Assembly (NCBI RefSeq): GCF_000009045.1
Contig: NC_000964.3
Coordinates: 62,001 to 126,000 of the forward strand
Direction: 5' to 3'
Length of the DNA: 64,000 nucleotides
Origin: Bacillus subtilis subsp. subtilis str. 168
GTDB lineage: Bacteria; Bacillota; Bacilli; Bacillales; Bacillaceae
A program made the translations under genes and the position numbers. The notes under the pieces were generated by a model. It did not search any database, was not told the origin of the DNA, and saw only the letters and a list, made by a program, of their open reading frames with translations. Positions 39,215 through 53,285 of this stretch are shown in pieces. Numbering within the stretch: position 1 is the first letter of the stretch; each line of letters opens with the position of its first letter.

Positions 39215-39243
39215 AAACCCAGCTCAATGAGCTGGGTTTTTTG
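39215..39243 (+). terminator. Terminator of the second rRNA operon
   Basis: AAACCCAGCTC-AAT-GAGCTGGGTTT followed by a T-run. Confidence 0.92.
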
Positions 39244-39324
39244 TATTTTGGTTTATTGGTATCATAAAATTCCACTTAACTGTATAATATAATAACTTTA
39301 TACCGAATTTTAAATCAGCAATCA

Positions 39325-39351
39325 GGTTTTGTGGACCGGGAAAATGGAAAT
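39325..39351 (+). promoter_or_regulatory. Putative sigma-B promoter of the ctsR-clpC operon
   Basis: GGTTTT-N15-GGAAAT; a dual sigma-A/sigma-B clpC operon promoter is established. Confidence 0.6.
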
Positions 39352-39373
39352 AATGAAGGATAGAGCGAGAAAG

Positions 39374-39402
39374 TTGAAAATTCTCGAGAAACGGCTTATA
39401 GT
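39374..39402 (+). promoter_or_regulatory. sigma-A promoter of the ctsR-clpC operon
   Basis: TTGAAA-N17-TATAGT. Confidence 0.7.
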
Positions 39403-39410
39403 AAGATTAA

Positions 39411-39427
39411 AGTCAAATATAGTCAAA
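39411..39427 (+). promoter_or_regulatory. CtsR operator (class III heat-shock heptad direct repeat)
   Basis: AGTCAAA-TAT-AGTCAAA equals (A/G)GTCAAA-NAN-(A/G)GTCAAA. Confidence 0.9.
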
Positions 39428-39448
39428 GTCAGTAAAGGAGGGGGTTGA

Positions 39449-39913
39449 GTGGGACATAATATTTCTGACATCATTGAACAATATTTAAAACGAGTGTTAG
39501 ATCAAAATGGCAAGGAAATTTTAGAGATTAAACGAAGTGAAATTGCAGATAAATTTCAATGCGTTCCTTCCCAAATAAATTATGTCATCAACACCAGATT
39601 TACAAGCGAAAGAGGATATATTGTTGAGAGCAAACGCGGGGGCGGCGGTTACATCAGAATCATTAAAATTAAAATGAACAATGAAGTTGTCCTGATCAAT
39701 AATATAATTTCTCAAATTAATACCCATTTGTCTCAAGCAGCCTCTGATGACATTATTTTAAGGCTATTAGAAGACAAGGTAATTTCAGAAAGAGAAGCAA
39801 AAATGATGGTCAGCGTAATGGACCGCTCAGTTTTACACATTGACTTACCTGAACGTGATGAATTAAGAGCGAGAATGATGAAGGCAATGCTGACTTCTTT
39901 AAAATTAAAATAA
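39449..39913 (+). CDS. ctsR: Class III stress gene repressor CtsR, GTG start
   Basis: NISDIIEQY, CVPSQINYVINTRF and ESKRGGGGYIRI. Confidence 0.97.
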   Translation: MGHNISDIIEQYLKRVLDQNGKEILEIKRSEIADKFQCVPSQINYVINTRFTSERGYIVESKRGGGGYIRIIKIKMNNEVVLINNIISQINTHLSQAASDDIILRLLEDKVISEREAKMMVSVMDRSVLHIDLPERDELRARMMKAMLTSLKLK

Positions 39914-39926
39914 GCGGGTGAAAAGA

Positions 39927-40484
39927 TTGATTTGTCAAGAGTGCCACGAGAGACCAGCCACTTTTCACTTTACAAAGGTTGTTAACGGAGAAAAAATAGA
40001 AGTTCATATTTGTGAACAATGTGCCAAAGAAAATAGTGATTCATATGGTATAAGTGCAAATCAGGGTTTCTCTATTCATAATTTACTTTCGGGTTTACTG
40101 AACATGGATTCTTCATTTCAAAATGCAGGAACTCAAATGTTCAGTCACTCGGAGCAAATATCTGCTTGTCCGAAATGCGGAATGACTTTTCAGCAATTCA
40201 GAAAAATTGGCCGTTTTGGATGTTCTGAATGTTACAAAACATTTCATAGCAACATTACACCAATCCTACGTAAAGTGCACAGCGGAAACACTGTGCATGC
40301 AGGTAAGATACCGAAACGAATAGGCGGCAATCTTCATGTCAGACGGCAGATTGATATGCTAAAAAAGGAATTAGAATCCTTAATCCATCAAGAAGAATTT
40401 GAAAATGCAGCTCATGTAAGAGATCAAATTCGTTTATTAGAACAATCACTCAAAAGTACAGATAGTGAGGAGGAACAGGAGTAA
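39927..40484 (+). CDS. mcsA: McsA zinc-finger/UVR activator of McsB, 185 aa, TTG start
   Basis: CQEC, CEQC, CPKC and CSEC motifs; UVR tail [13 protein letters not shown]. Confidence 0.95.
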   Translation: MICQECHERPATFHFTKVVNGEKIEVHICEQCAKENSDSYGISANQGFSIHNLLSGLLNMDSSFQNAGTQMFSHSEQISACPKCGMTFQQFRKIGRFGCSECYKTFHSNITPILRKVHSGNTVHAGKIPKRIGGNLHVRRQIDMLKKELESLIHQEEFENAAHVRDQIRLLEQSLKSTDSEEEQE

Positions 40485-41575
40485 TGTCGCTAAAGCATTT
40501 TATTCAGGACGCACTAAGCAGTTGGATGAAGCAGAAAGGACCTGAAAGTGACATTGTACTCAGCAGCCGCATACGTTTAGCAAGAAACTTTGAGCATATT
40601 CGGTTCCCTACGCGGTATTCCAATGAAGAAGCCTCATCCATCATACAGCAATTTGAAGATCAGTTTTCAGAGCAAGAAATTCCCGGAATCGGCAAATTTG
40701 TTTTGATTAGAATGAATGATGCACAGCCTTTAGAAAAGCGTGTACTTGTTGAAAAACATCTAATCAGCCCGAATTTGACAGAGTCTCCTTTTGGCGGCTG
40801 TTTGCTTTCTGAAAATGAGGAAGTAAGCGTCATGCTAAATGAAGAGGACCATATTAGAATTCAGTGTCTTTTCCCTGGATTTCAGCTTTTAGAAGCAATG
40901 AAAGCCGCAAACCAGGTCGACGACTGGATTGAAGAAAAAGTTGATTATGCATTCAATGAGCAAAGAGGATACTTAACCAGCTGTCCTACAAACGTAGGTA
41001 CTGGTTTAAGGGCTTCGGTCATGATGCATCTGCCGGCGCTGGTTTTAACTAGGCAAATAAATCGAATTATACCGGCAATTAATCAATTAGGCTTAGTTGT
41101 TAGAGGAATTTATGGGGAAGGCAGCGAAGCAGTAGGGAATATCTTTCAAATTTCAAATCAGATCACGCTTGGTAAGTCAGAGCAGGATATTGTAGAGGAT
41201 CTTAACAGTGTTGCTGCTCAGTTGATTGAACAAGAACGATCTGCCCGAGAAGCGATTTATCAAACTTCTAAAATCGAACTTGAGGATCGGGTATATCGGT
41301 CATATGGGGTCTTGTCTAATTGCCGGATGATAGAATCGAAAGAAACTGCAAAGTGCCTTTCAGATGTTCGGTTAGGCATAGACTTAGGCATAATAAAAGG
41401 ACTTTCAAGCAACATACTTAACGAACTTATGATTTTGACGCAGCCAGGGTTTTTACAGCAATACTCGGGAGGCGCTTTGCGACCGAACGAAAGGGACATT
41501 CGAAGAGCGGCTCTCATCAGAGAACGGCTTCACTTAGAAATGAATGGGAAAAGACAGGAGGATGAATCGATATGA
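40484..41575 (+). CDS. mcsB: Protein-arginine kinase McsB
   Basis: [14 protein letters not shown] and [12 protein letters not shown] phosphagen-kinase motifs. Confidence 0.97.
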   Translation: MSLKHFIQDALSSWMKQKGPESDIVLSSRIRLARNFEHIRFPTRYSNEEASSIIQQFEDQFSEQEIPGIGKFVLIRMNDAQPLEKRVLVEKHLISPNLTESPFGGCLLSENEEVSVMLNEEDHIRIQCLFPGFQLLEAMKAANQVDDWIEEKVDYAFNEQRGYLTSCPTNVGTGLRASVMMHLPALVLTRQINRIIPAINQLGLVVRGIYGEGSEAVGNIFQISNQITLGKSEQDIVEDLNSVAAQLIEQERSAREAIYQTSKIELEDRVYRSYGVLSNCRMIESKETAKCLSDVRLGIDLGIIKGLSSNILNELMILTQPGFLQQYSGGALRPNERDIRRAALIRERLHLEMNGKRQEDESI

Positions 41576-44004
41576 TGTTTGGAAGATTTACAGAACGAGC
41601 TCAAAAAGTACTGGCGCTAGCACAGGAAGAAGCACTTCGGTTAGGTCATAATAACATTGGCACTGAGCATATTTTATTAGGACTGGTAAGAGAAGGAGAG
41701 GGCATTGCTGCTAAAGCTCTTCAAGCGCTTGGACTCGGTTCAGAAAAAATTCAGAAAGAAGTAGAAAGTTTGATCGGGCGCGGGCAGGAAATGTCTCAAA
41801 CGATTCATTATACTCCTAGAGCTAAAAAAGTCATTGAGCTTTCAATGGATGAGGCAAGAAAACTCGGTCATTCTTATGTGGGAACAGAACATATTCTTCT
41901 TGGTCTGATTCGTGAAGGAGAAGGTGTTGCTGCGAGAGTTCTGAATAATCTCGGTGTCAGCTTAAATAAAGCAAGACAGCAGGTGCTCCAGCTTCTAGGA
42001 AGTAATGAAACAGGATCATCAGCGGCAGGAACAAACAGCAATGCGAATACGCCTACGCTTGACAGCTTGGCAAGAGACTTAACTGCTATTGCGAAGGAAG
42101 ACAGCCTTGACCCTGTAATCGGCAGAAGCAAGGAGATCCAGCGTGTCATTGAAGTGTTAAGCCGCAGAACGAAAAACAACCCTGTTCTCATTGGGGAACC
42201 AGGTGTAGGTAAAACGGCTATCGCAGAAGGTTTGGCACAGCAAATTATCAATAATGAAGTACCCGAAATTTTGCGTGATAAACGTGTGATGACATTAGAC
42301 ATGGGAACAGTTGTTGCCGGCACAAAATACCGCGGAGAATTTGAGGATCGCCTGAAGAAGGTCATGGATGAAATTCGCCAGGCAGGAAATATCATTCTAT
42401 TCATCGATGAGCTCCATACATTAATCGGGGCAGGCGGAGCAGAAGGTGCTATTGATGCATCTAATATTTTAAAACCTTCACTTGCTCGTGGCGAACTCCA
42501 ATGTATTGGTGCAACGACTCTTGATGAGTACCGTAAATATATTGAAAAAGATGCAGCACTGGAACGCCGTTTTCAGCCGATTCAGGTTGATCAGCCATCT
42601 GTAGATGAAAGTATTCAAATTTTACAAGGTCTGCGTGACAGATACGAAGCCCACCACCGCGTTTCTATCACTGATGATGCCATTGAAGCTGCGGTTAAGC
42701 TTTCTGACAGATATATTTCTGACCGCTTCCTTCCGGATAAAGCAATTGACTTGATCGATGAAGCGGGTTCAAAGGTGAGACTGCGCTCATTTACAACGCC
42801 TCCTAACTTAAAAGAGCTTGAGCAGAAGCTTGATGAGGTTCGTAAAGAGAAGGATGCGGCAGTGCAAAGCCAAGAGTTTGAAAAAGCTGCTTCCTTGCGT
42901 GATACTGAACAACGCCTGCGCGAGCAAGTAGAGGATACGAAGAAATCATGGAAAGAGAAGCAAGGGCAGGAAAACTCAGAGGTTACTGTGGATGATATTG
43001 CGATGGTTGTATCCAGCTGGACCGGTGTGCCTGTATCTAAAATCGCCCAAACTGAAACTGATAAGCTTCTCAATATGGAAAACATTCTTCACTCCCGTGT
43101 CATCGGCCAGGATGAAGCAGTTGTAGCGGTTGCAAAAGCCGTCAGACGTGCAAGAGCAGGATTGAAAGATCCTAAACGCCCAATCGGCTCATTCATTTTC
43201 TTAGGCCCTACAGGTGTAGGTAAAACAGAACTTGCACGAGCACTTGCTGAATCCATTTTTGGCGATGAAGAATCCATGATCAGAATTGATATGTCTGAAT
43301 ACATGGAAAAACATTCAACTTCAAGACTTGTTGGTTCACCTCCGGGTTATGTGGGATATGATGAAGGCGGTCAATTGACAGAGAAAGTCAGAAGAAAACC
43401 TTACTCTGTCGTGCTTCTTGATGAGATCGAGAAAGCGCACCCTGATGTCTTCAATATCCTTCTGCAAGTTCTTGAAGACGGACGATTGACTGATTCTAAA
43501 GGACGCACAGTCGATTTCCGCAATACCATTCTGATCATGACATCAAACGTCGGAGCAAGTGAGCTAAAACGCAATAAATATGTCGGCTTTAACGTTCAGG
43601 ATGAAACTCAAAATCATAAAGACATGAAAGATAAAGTGATGGGTGAATTAAAACGAGCGTTCAGACCTGAGTTCATCAACCGTATTGATGAAATCATTGT
43701 CTTCCATTCACTTGAGAAAAAACATCTCACTGAGATTGTGTCATTAATGTCTGATCAATTAACGAAACGCCTGAAAGAACAAGATCTTTCTATCGAATTG
43801 ACAGATGCTGCAAAAGCGAAAGTCGCGGAAGAGGGCGTTGACCTGGAATACGGTGCCCGTCCGTTAAGAAGAGCGATCCAAAAACATGTCGAGGATCGTT
43901 TATCTGAAGAACTCCTCAGAGGAAATATTCATAAAGGACAGCATATTGTTCTTGATGTAGAAGATGGCGAATTTGTCGTAAAAACGACTGCTAAAACGAA
44001 TTAA
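41572..44004 (+). CDS. clpC: AAA+ unfoldase ClpC
   Basis: Clp N-domain repeats, [11 protein letters not shown] domain, GPTGVGKT and GARPLRR. Confidence 0.98.
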   Translation: MMFGRFTERAQKVLALAQEEALRLGHNNIGTEHILLGLVREGEGIAAKALQALGLGSEKIQKEVESLIGRGQEMSQTIHYTPRAKKVIELSMDEARKLGHSYVGTEHILLGLIREGEGVAARVLNNLGVSLNKARQQVLQLLGSNETGSSAAGTNSNANTPTLDSLARDLTAIAKEDSLDPVIGRSKEIQRVIEVLSRRTKNNPVLIGEPGVGKTAIAEGLAQQIINNEVPEILRDKRVMTLDMGTVVAGTKYRGEFEDRLKKVMDEIRQAGNIILFIDELHTLIGAGGAEGAIDASNILKPSLARGELQCIGATTLDEYRKYIEKDAALERRFQPIQVDQPSVDESIQILQGLRDRYEAHHRVSITDDAIEAAVKLSDRYISDRFLPDKAIDLIDEAGSKVRLRSFTTPPNLKELEQKLDEVRKEKDAAVQSQEFEKAASLRDTEQRLREQVEDTKKSWKEKQGQENSEVTVDDIAMVVSSWTGVPVSKIAQTETDKLLNMENILHSRVIGQDEAVVAVAKAVRRARAGLKDPKRPIGSFIFLGPTGVGKTELARALAESIFGDEESMIRIDMSEYMEKHSTSRLVGSPPGYVGYDEGGQLTEKVRRKPYSVVLLDEIEKAHPDVFNILLQVLEDGRLTDSKGRTVDFRNTILIMTSNVGASELKRNKYVGFNVQDETQNHKDMKDKVMGELKRAFRPEFINRIDEIIVFHSLEKKHLTEIVSLMSDQLTKRLKEQDLSIELTDAAKAKVAEEGVDLEYGARPLRRAIQKHVEDRLSEELLRGNIHKGQHIVLDVEDGEFVVKTTAKTN

Positions 44005-44019
44005 TATAGAAGACGGAAA

Positions 44020-44056
44020 TGAGGCATACAGCATGTAAGTGTATGCCTCACTTTCA
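44020..44056 (+). other. 11-bp inverted repeat between clpC and radA (stability hairpin or partial terminator)
   Basis: TGAGGCATACA / TGTATGCCTCA followed by CTTTC. Confidence 0.65.
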
Positions 44057-44095
44057 TATCAAGAAATAGAACAAGGGAGAGGTCTTACACTATAT

Positions 44096-45472
44096 ATGGC
44101 TAAAACAAAATCGAAGTTCATCTGCCAATCCTGCGGCTACGAGTCTCCAAAATGGATGGGGAAATGTCCGGGCTGTGGTGCTTGGAATACAATGGTGGAA
44201 GAAATGATTAAAAAAGCACCGGCCAATCGGAGAGCGGCTTTTTCTCATTCTGTTCAAACTGTACAGAAACCTTCACCTATTACATCAATCGAAACATCAG
44301 AAGAACCCCGCGTCAAAACCCAGCTTGGCGAGTTTAACAGAGTACTCGGCGGAGGTGTCGTTAAAGGCTCCCTCGTTTTAATTGGCGGTGATCCTGGTAT
44401 CGGAAAGTCAACGCTATTACTGCAGGTTTCCGCTCAATTATCAGGCTCATCAAACAGTGTCCTGTATATTTCGGGAGAAGAATCTGTAAAGCAAACGAAG
44501 CTGCGAGCAGACCGTCTCGGCATTAATAATCCGTCACTGCATGTTTTATCTGAAACCGATATGGAGTATATTTCGTCTGCTATACAAGAGATGAATCCAT
44601 CGTTTGTCGTTGTTGACTCTATTCAAACGGTTTACCAAAGCGATATTACATCTGCTCCAGGCAGTGTGTCACAGGTCAGAGAATGTACCGCTGAGCTGAT
44701 GAAAATTGCAAAAACAAAAGGTATTCCGATTTTTATCGTAGGGCACGTGACGAAAGAAGGGTCTATTGCAGGTCCGAGACTGTTGGAGCATATGGTTGAC
44801 ACTGTTTTATATTTTGAAGGAGAACGCCACCATACTTTCCGTATTTTGCGGGCTGTAAAAAACCGTTTCGGATCTACAAACGAAATGGGCATTTTCGAAA
44901 TGCGGGAAGAGGGGCTCACTGAGGTTTTGAATCCTTCGGAAATTTTCTTAGAAGAACGCTCTGCTGGTTCCGCAGGCTCGAGTATCACTGCCTCTATGGA
45001 GGGCACTAGACCGATTCTCGTTGAAATTCAGGCACTCATCTCGCCAACAAGTTTTGGCAACCCAAGGCGTATGGCAACGGGAATAGACCATAACAGGGTT
45101 TCTCTGTTAATGGCTGTGTTAGAAAAAAGAGTTGGACTGCTGCTGCAAAATCAGGATGCTTATTTGAAAGTGGCTGGCGGCGTTAAGCTTGATGAACCGG
45201 CAATTGATCTTGCGATTGTGATTAGTATTGCATCAAGCTTTAGAGACACACCTCCAAATCCTGCAGATTGTTTTATTGGAGAAGTGGGATTAACCGGAGA
45301 AGTCCGGCGGGTTTCAAGAATTGAACAGCGTGTGAAAGAAGCGGCAAAGCTTGGTTTTAAACGCATGATCATACCCGCGGCAAATCTGGATGGATGGACA
45401 AAACCAAAAGGGATTGAGGTTATCGGAGTAGCAAATGTTGCAGAAGCGCTTCGTACTTCATTAGGAGGATAA
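44096..45472 (+). CDS. radA: DNA repair protein RadA/Sms, 458 aa
   Basis: CQSC...CPGC zinc finger, GDPGIGKST, the KNRFG signature and a Lon-like C-terminus. Confidence 0.97.
   Translation: MAKTKSKFICQSCGYESPKWMGKCPGCGAWNTMVEEMIKKAPANRRAAFSHSVQTVQKPSPITSIETSEEPRVKTQLGEFNRVLGGGVVKGSLVLIGGDPGIGKSTLLLQVSAQLSGSSNSVLYISGEESVKQTKLRADRLGINNPSLHVLSETDMEYISSAIQEMNPSFVVVDSIQTVYQSDITSAPGSVSQVRECTAELMKIAKTKGIPIFIVGHVTKEGSIAGPRLLEHMVDTVLYFEGERHHTFRILRAVKNRFGSTNEMGIFEMREEGLTEVLNPSEIFLEERSAGSAGSSITASMEGTRPILVEIQALISPTSFGNPRRMATGIDHNRVSLLMAVLEKRVGLLLQNQDAYLKVAGGVKLDEPAIDLAIVISIASSFRDTPPNPADCFIGEVGLTGEVRRVSRIEQRVKEAAKLGFKRMIIPAANLDGWTKPKGIEVIGVANVAEALRTSLGG
44551..44577 (+). promoter_or_regulatory. Putative sigma-M promoter inside radA driving disA-yacL-ispDF
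   Basis: TGAAAC-N17-CGTC. Confidence 0.6.
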
Positions 45473-45475
45473 TAG

Positions 45476-46558
45476 ATGGAAAAAGAGAAAAAAGGGGCGA
45501 AACACGAGTTAGACCTGTCATCTATATTGCAGTTTGTTGCTCCGGGTACACCGCTCAGAGCGGGGATGGAAAACGTCTTGAGAGCAAATACAGGCGGTCT
45601 GATTGTTGTTGGATATAATGATAAAGTAAAAGAAGTGGTGGACGGCGGCTTTCACATAAACACGGCTTTTTCTCCGGCGCATTTATATGAGCTGGCTAAA
45701 ATGGATGGAGCGATCATTTTAAGTGATTCTGGTCAAAAGATCCTATACGCGAATACTCAGCTGATGCCGGATGCCACAATTTCTTCATCAGAAACAGGAA
45801 TGCGGCACAGAACTGCCGAAAGAGTAGCTAAGCAAACTGGCTGTCTTGTAATCGCCATTTCTGAAAGAAGAAATGTCATAACGTTATATCAGGAAAACAT
45901 GAAGTATACACTAAAAGACATAGGATTTATTTTAACCAAGGCGAACCAAGCCATTCAAACACTTGAAAAATATAAGACAATCCTCGATAAAACGATTAAT
46001 GCACTGAACGCGTTAGAGTTTGAGGAACTTGTTACCTTCAGTGATGTCTTGTCTGTCATGCATCGTTATGAAATGGTACTGAGAATCAAAAACGAAATTA
46101 ATATGTATATCAAAGAGCTGGGGACAGAAGGGCATCTGATCAAACTGCAAGTCATTGAATTGATTACGGATATGGAAGAAGAGGCCGCTTTATTTATTAA
46201 GGACTATGTAAAAGAAAAGATTAAAGATCCGTTTGTTCTCTTGAAGGAGCTGCAGGATATGTCCAGTTATGATCTGCTGGATGATTCCATTGTGTATAAG
46301 CTTCTCGGTTACCCTGCTTCTACTAATCTTGATGATTATGTATTGCCGAGAGGATACAGGCTGTTAAATAAGATACCGCGTCTTCCGATGCCGATTGTTG
46401 AAAATGTTGTAGAAGCATTTGGAGTCCTGCCAAGGATTATTGAGGCGAGTGCAGAAGAATTAGATGAAGTAGAGGGAATCGGTGAAGTACGAGCCCAAAA
46501 AATCAAAAAAGGATTAAAACGCCTGCAAGAGAAGCATTATTTAGACAGACAACTGTGA
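45476..46558 (+). CDS. disA: DNA integrity scanning diadenylate cyclase DisA
   Basis: DGA and RHR catalytic motifs (KMDGAII, GMRHRTA); C-terminal Hh[10 protein letters not shown]. Confidence 0.97.
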   Translation: MEKEKKGAKHELDLSSILQFVAPGTPLRAGMENVLRANTGGLIVVGYNDKVKEVVDGGFHINTAFSPAHLYELAKMDGAIILSDSGQKILYANTQLMPDATISSSETGMRHRTAERVAKQTGCLVIAISERRNVITLYQENMKYTLKDIGFILTKANQAIQTLEKYKTILDKTINALNALEFEELVTFSDVLSVMHRYEMVLRIKNEINMYIKELGTEGHLIKLQVIELITDMEEEAALFIKDYVKEKIKDPFVLLKELQDMSSYDLLDDSIVYKLLGYPASTNLDDYVLPRGYRLLNKIPRLPMPIVENVVEAFGVLPRIIEASAEELDEVEGIGEVRAQKIKKGLKRLQEKHYLDRQL

Positions 46559-46562
46559 TTTC

Positions 46563-46588
46563 GGTTAAAACCTTATGAATACGGGTAT
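46563..46588 (+). promoter_or_regulatory. Putative sigma-B promoter of yacL
   Basis: GGTTAA-N14-GGGTAT. Confidence 0.65.
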
Positions 46589-46673
46589 ATTAATGTTGGT
46601 TTTTGTTTATTCTGATATTCGTAGGATGCATAAGACTTTGTGAAATTAAAATGTTAAAAAAGGAGGTGGGGGT

Positions 46674-48956
<2,283 letters not shown>

Positions 48957-48962
48957 CTTGTT

Positions 48963-48991
48963 TTGATGCCGGGTCTATTTGGTGGTAGAAT
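48963..48991 (+). promoter_or_regulatory. sigma-A promoter of gltX
   Basis: TTGATG-N17-TAGAAT with extended TG. Confidence 0.7.
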
Positions 48992-49046
48992 AGATTCATA
49001 CATTTTTGCCTGAGGCCATACATGACATGAAAGGAAGTATTTGAAA

Positions 49047-50498
49047 ATGGGAAACGAAGTACGCGTCCGTTATGCACCGAGTCCAACCGGACATTTGCAT
49101 ATTGGAAATGCCAGAACGGCGCTTTTTAATTATTTATTTGCCCGCAATCAAGGCGGTAAGTTTATCATTCGAGTTGAGGATACTGATAAAAAGCGCAATA
49201 TTGAGGGCGGAGAACAAAGCCAGCTGAATTATCTGAAGTGGCTAGGTATTGACTGGGATGAGAGTGTGGATGTCGGAGGAGAGTACGGTCCATACCGTCA
49301 GTCAGAGCGTAACGATATCTATAAAGTGTACTATGAAGAGCTTCTTGAAAAAGGGCTTGCTTATAAATGTTACTGTACGGAAGAAGAGCTTGAAAAAGAG
49401 CGTGAAGAACAGATTGCCCGCGGAGAAATGCCTCGTTATTCCGGAAAACACAGAGACCTGACTCAGGAAGAACAGGAGAAATTTATCGCCGAAGGCAGAA
49501 AACCAAGTATTCGTTTCCGTGTGCCGGAAGGAAAAGTCATCGCCTTCAACGACATCGTAAAAGGCGAAATTTCTTTTGAATCAGATGGCATCGGCGACTT
49601 CGTTATTGTGAAAAAGGACGGAACGCCTACTTATAACTTCGCGGTAGCTATTGATGACTACTTAATGAAAATGACACACGTGCTGCGCGGTGAGGATCAT
49701 ATTTCTAACACACCGAAACAGATTATGATCTATCAAGCATTCGGGTGGGATATTCCTCAGTTCGGACACATGACGCTGATTGTAAACGAAAGCCGTAAAA
49801 AGCTCAGCAAACGTGATGAATCCATTATTCAATTCATCGAGCAGTACAAAGAGCTTGGCTACCTGCCAGAAGCGCTGTTCAACTTTATCGGCTTGTTAGG
49901 CTGGTCACCGGTTGGAGAAGAAGAGCTTTTCACAAAAGAGCAGTTTATTGAAATTTTTGATGTAAATCGTTTATCTAAATCACCAGCTTTGTTTGATATG
50001 CATAAGCTAAAATGGGTTAACAACCAATATGTGAAGAAGCTGGATCTTGATCAGGTTGTTGAACTGACGCTTCCGCATTTGCAAAAAGCCGGCAAAGTTG
50101 GCACTGAGCTTTCTGCTGAAGAACAAGAATGGGTTCGTAAACTGATTTCCCTGTATCATGAGCAATTAAGCTACGGTGCGGAAATTGTTGAGCTGACTGA
50201 TTTGTTCTTTACGGATGAGATCGAGTATAATCAAGAAGCGAAAGCTGTTCTGGAAGAAGAACAGGTTCCTGAAGTGCTCAGCACATTCGCAGCGAAGCTT
50301 GAAGAGCTTGAGGAGTTCACTCCGGATAATATCAAAGCATCGATCAAAGCAGTGCAGAAAGAAACTGGCCATAAAGGGAAAAAACTGTTTATGCCGATTC
50401 GTGTTGCTGTAACAGGGCAAACTCACGGTCCGGAACTGCCGCAATCAATTGAATTGATCGGTAAAGAGACTGCAATTCAGCGTTTAAAGAATATCTAA
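49047..50498 (+). CDS. gltX: Glutamyl-tRNA synthetase, 483 aa
   Basis: [12 protein letters not shown] and KLSKR class I motifs. Confidence 0.98.
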   Translation: MGNEVRVRYAPSPTGHLHIGNARTALFNYLFARNQGGKFIIRVEDTDKKRNIEGGEQSQLNYLKWLGIDWDESVDVGGEYGPYRQSERNDIYKVYYEELLEKGLAYKCYCTEEELEKEREEQIARGEMPRYSGKHRDLTQEEQEKFIAEGRKPSIRFRVPEGKVIAFNDIVKGEISFESDGIGDFVIVKKDGTPTYNFAVAIDDYLMKMTHVLRGEDHISNTPKQIMIYQAFGWDIPQFGHMTLIVNESRKKLSKRDESIIQFIEQYKELGYLPEALFNFIGLLGWSPVGEEELFTKEQFIEIFDVNRLSKSPALFDMHKLKWVNNQYVKKLDLDQVVELTLPHLQKAGKVGTELSAEEQEWVRKLISLYHEQLSYGAEIVELTDLFFTDEIEYNQEAKAVLEEEQVPEVLSTFAAKLEELEEFTPDNIKASIKAVQKETGHKGKKLFMPIRVAVTGQTHGPELPQSIELIGKETAIQRLKNI

Positions 50499-50514
50499 AT
50501 AAATGATTGTTGAC

Positions 50515-50760
50515 AGGGAAGAGTATAAAGCTTTAGGCCATTACAGAAAGGATCTTCATTGGCTGAGAGAGATCCATGAGCCGGGTTTTAGAAGTGCGCC
50601 CTTAAGACCTTTGAAGAACGTTTTTTGAAATCAGTATTCAAAGGCGGCCGCCGCCGTTACAGGCTGAAGTTGGGAGAGCAGAAGTCTGCTTTTCAAACAG
50701 AGTGGAACCGCGCGGTTAAAGCGTCTCTGTCATGTTTACATGCAGAGACGCTTTTTTTAT
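50515..50760 (+). promoter_or_regulatory. Cysteine-specific T-box riboswitch between gltX and cysE
   Basis: Stem I with GCTGAG/AG box; specifier TGC at 50595-50597; T-box AAACAGAGTGGAACCGCG at 50695-50712; overlapping terminator. Confidence 0.9.
50718..50758 (+). terminator. T-box attenuator terminator
   Basis: AAAGCGTCTCTG / CAGAGACGCTTT followed by a T-run. Confidence 0.9.
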
Positions 50761-50799
50761 TGGGTAGAGGAAATCAGATAGAGAAACGGGGGGAAGCAT

Positions 50800-51453
50800 G
50801 TGTTTTTTAGAATGCTCAAAGAAGACATTGATACTGTGTTCGATCAAGATCCCGCAGCAAGAAGCTATTTTGAAGTGATTTTAACTTATTCCGGTTTACA
50901 TGCTATATGGGCGCATCGGATTGCACATGCTTTATATAAACGAAAATTTTATTTCCTTGCACGCCTTATATCTCAAGTAAGCCGATTTTTTACCGGGATA
51001 GAAATCCACCCCGGCGCTACAATCGGGAGAAGATTTTTCATAGACCACGGCATGGGGGTTGTCATTGGGGAGACATGTGAAATCGGCAATAACGTAACCG
51101 TTTTTCAGGGGGTTACCCTCGGGGGAACGGGAAAAGAAAAGGGAAAAAGGCACCCAACGATTAAAGATGACGCATTGATAGCCACAGGTGCTAAAGTGCT
51201 CGGTTCTATTACGGTCGGTGAAGGCTCAAAGATTGGCGCTGGTTCAGTAGTGCTGCATGATGTTCCTGATTTTTCAACAGTTGTCGGTATCCCTGGACGG
51301 GTCGTTGTACAAAATGGCAAGAAAGTAAGACGCGATTTAAACCATCAGGATTTGCCCGATCCAGTTGCTGACCGCTTTAAGTCTTTGGAACAGCAGATTT
51401 TAGAGCTGAAGGCAGAACTTGAAGACAGAAAAGAAAGGATCAATCAAAAATGA
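50800..51453 (+). CDS. cysE: Serine O-acetyltransferase, GTG start
   Basis: [27 protein letters not shown] hexapeptide repeats and RHPT. Confidence 0.97.
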
Positions 51454-52850
51454 CAATCACACTTTATAATACATTGACTAGACAGAAGGAAACATTCGTT
51501 CCTCTTGAAGAGGGAAAAGTGAAAATGTATGTATGCGGACCCACGGTTTACAATTACATTCATATCGGGAACGCGCGTCCGGCAATCGTTTACGATACGG
51601 TTCGAAACTATTTAGAGTATAAAGGCTATGATGTGCAGTATGTCTCTAACTTCACAGACGTAGACGATAAATTAATTAAAGCGGCAAATGAACTCGGTGA
51701 GGATGTACCCACCATTTCAGAGCGTTTTATTAAAGCATACTTTGAAGACGTAGGTGCGCTCGGCTGCCGAAAAGCCGACCTTCATCCGCGAGTAATGGAG
51801 AACATGGATGCCATTATCGAATTCGTAGATCAGCTCGTGAAAAAGGGCTACGCATATGAATCAGAAGGTGACGTATATTTCAAAACCAGAGCATTTGAAG
51901 GGTACGGAAAGCTTTCTCAGCAATCAATCGATGAACTAAGATCAGGTGCACGCATCCGGGTCGGCGAGAAAAAAGAAGATGCTCTTGATTTCGCACTGTG
52001 GAAAGCGGCAAAAGAAGGAGAAATCTCTTGGGATAGCCCTTGGGGGAAAGGGCGTCCGGGCTGGCACATTGAATGCTCAGCAATGGTGAAAAAGTATCTC
52101 GGTGACCAGATTGATATCCATGCGGGCGGACAGGATTTAACATTCCCTCACCATGAAAACGAAATTGCGCAATCTGAGGCGCTGACAGGCAAAACGTTTG
52201 CGAAGTACTGGCTTCATAATGGTTATATCAATATTGATAATGAAAAAATGTCAAAATCACTAGGCAACTTTGTGCTTGTGCATGACATCATTAAACAGCA
52301 TGATCCGCAGCTTTTGAGATTCTTTATGCTATCTGTTCATTATCGCCATCCGATTAACTATTCAGAAGAGCTTCTGGAGAATACGAAAAGCGCGTTCAGC
52401 CGTTTAAAAACAGCGTACAGCAATCTTCAGCACCGTCTGAACAGCAGTACGAATTTAACCGAAGATGACGATCAATGGCTTGAAAAGGTTGAAGAACACC
52501 GCAAAGCATTCGAAGAAGAGATGGACGATGATTTTAATACGGCGAATGCCATTTCAGTCTTGTTTGACTTAGCGAAACACGCCAATTATTATCTTCAGAA
52601 AGATCATACGGCTGATCATGTGATTACGGCGTTTATTGAGATGTTTGACCGCATTGTTTCTGTCCTCGGTTTTTCGTTGGGTGAGCAGGAACTTCTCGAT
52701 CAAGAGATTGAAGACTTAATCGAAAAGCGAAATGAAGCGCGCCGGAATCGCGATTTTGCATTGTCAGACCAGATCCGCGACCAGCTGAAAAGCATGAATA
52801 TCATTCTTGAAGATACGGCTCAAGGCACTCGCTGGAAACGGGGAGAATAA
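51450..52850 (+). CDS. cysS: Cysteinyl-tRNA synthetase
   Basis: [19 protein letters not shown] and KMSKS. Confidence 0.98.
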
Positions 52851-52853
52851 CAG

Positions 52854-53285
52854 ATGCTTGAATTTGATACGATAAAAGATTCTAAGCAGCTTAACGGTCT
52901 TGCGCTTGCTTATATAGGTGATGCCATTTTTGAAGTGTATGTCAGGCATCACCTGCTTAAGCAGGGCTTTACCAAACCAAATGATCTTCATAAGAAATCA
53001 AGCCGGATTGTTTCAGCAAAGTCACAGGCTGAGATCCTATTTTTTCTGCAGAATCAATCATTTTTTACGGAAGAAGAGGAAGCGGTGCTGAAAAGAGGCA
53101 GAAATGCCAAGTCAGGGACAACACCTAAAAATACAGATGTTCAGACGTACCGCTACAGTACAGCATTTGAAGCGCTTCTGGGCTACCTTTTTCTAGAGAA
53201 AAAAGAGGAACGACTTAGTCAGCTCGTAGCCGAAGCTATACAATTCGGGACGTCAGGGAGGAAAACAAATGAGTCAGCAACATGA
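52854..53285 (+). CDS. mrnC: Mini-ribonuclease III (23S rRNA maturation)
   Basis: [10 protein letters not shown] and [10 protein letters not shown]; no dsRBD. Confidence 0.95.
   Translation: MLEFDTIKDSKQLNGLALAYIGDAIFEVYVRHHLLKQGFTKPNDLHKKSSRIVSAKSQAEILFFLQNQSFFTEEEEAVLKRGRNAKSGTTPKNTDVQTYRYSTAFEALLGYLFLEKKEERLSQLVAEAIQFGTSGRKTNESAT

Noticed and set aside
39283-39293. Overlapping TATAAT hexamers upstream of the ctsR promoters
   Set aside because: There is no matching -35 or properly placed TG, and it lies in very AT-rich DNA after the rRNA terminator.
50625-50810. 61-aa sense ORF upstream of cysE as a leader peptide
   Set aside because: It runs through the T-box, antiterminator and terminator; regulation is fully explained by tRNA sensing, and there is no Cys-codon run or RBS.
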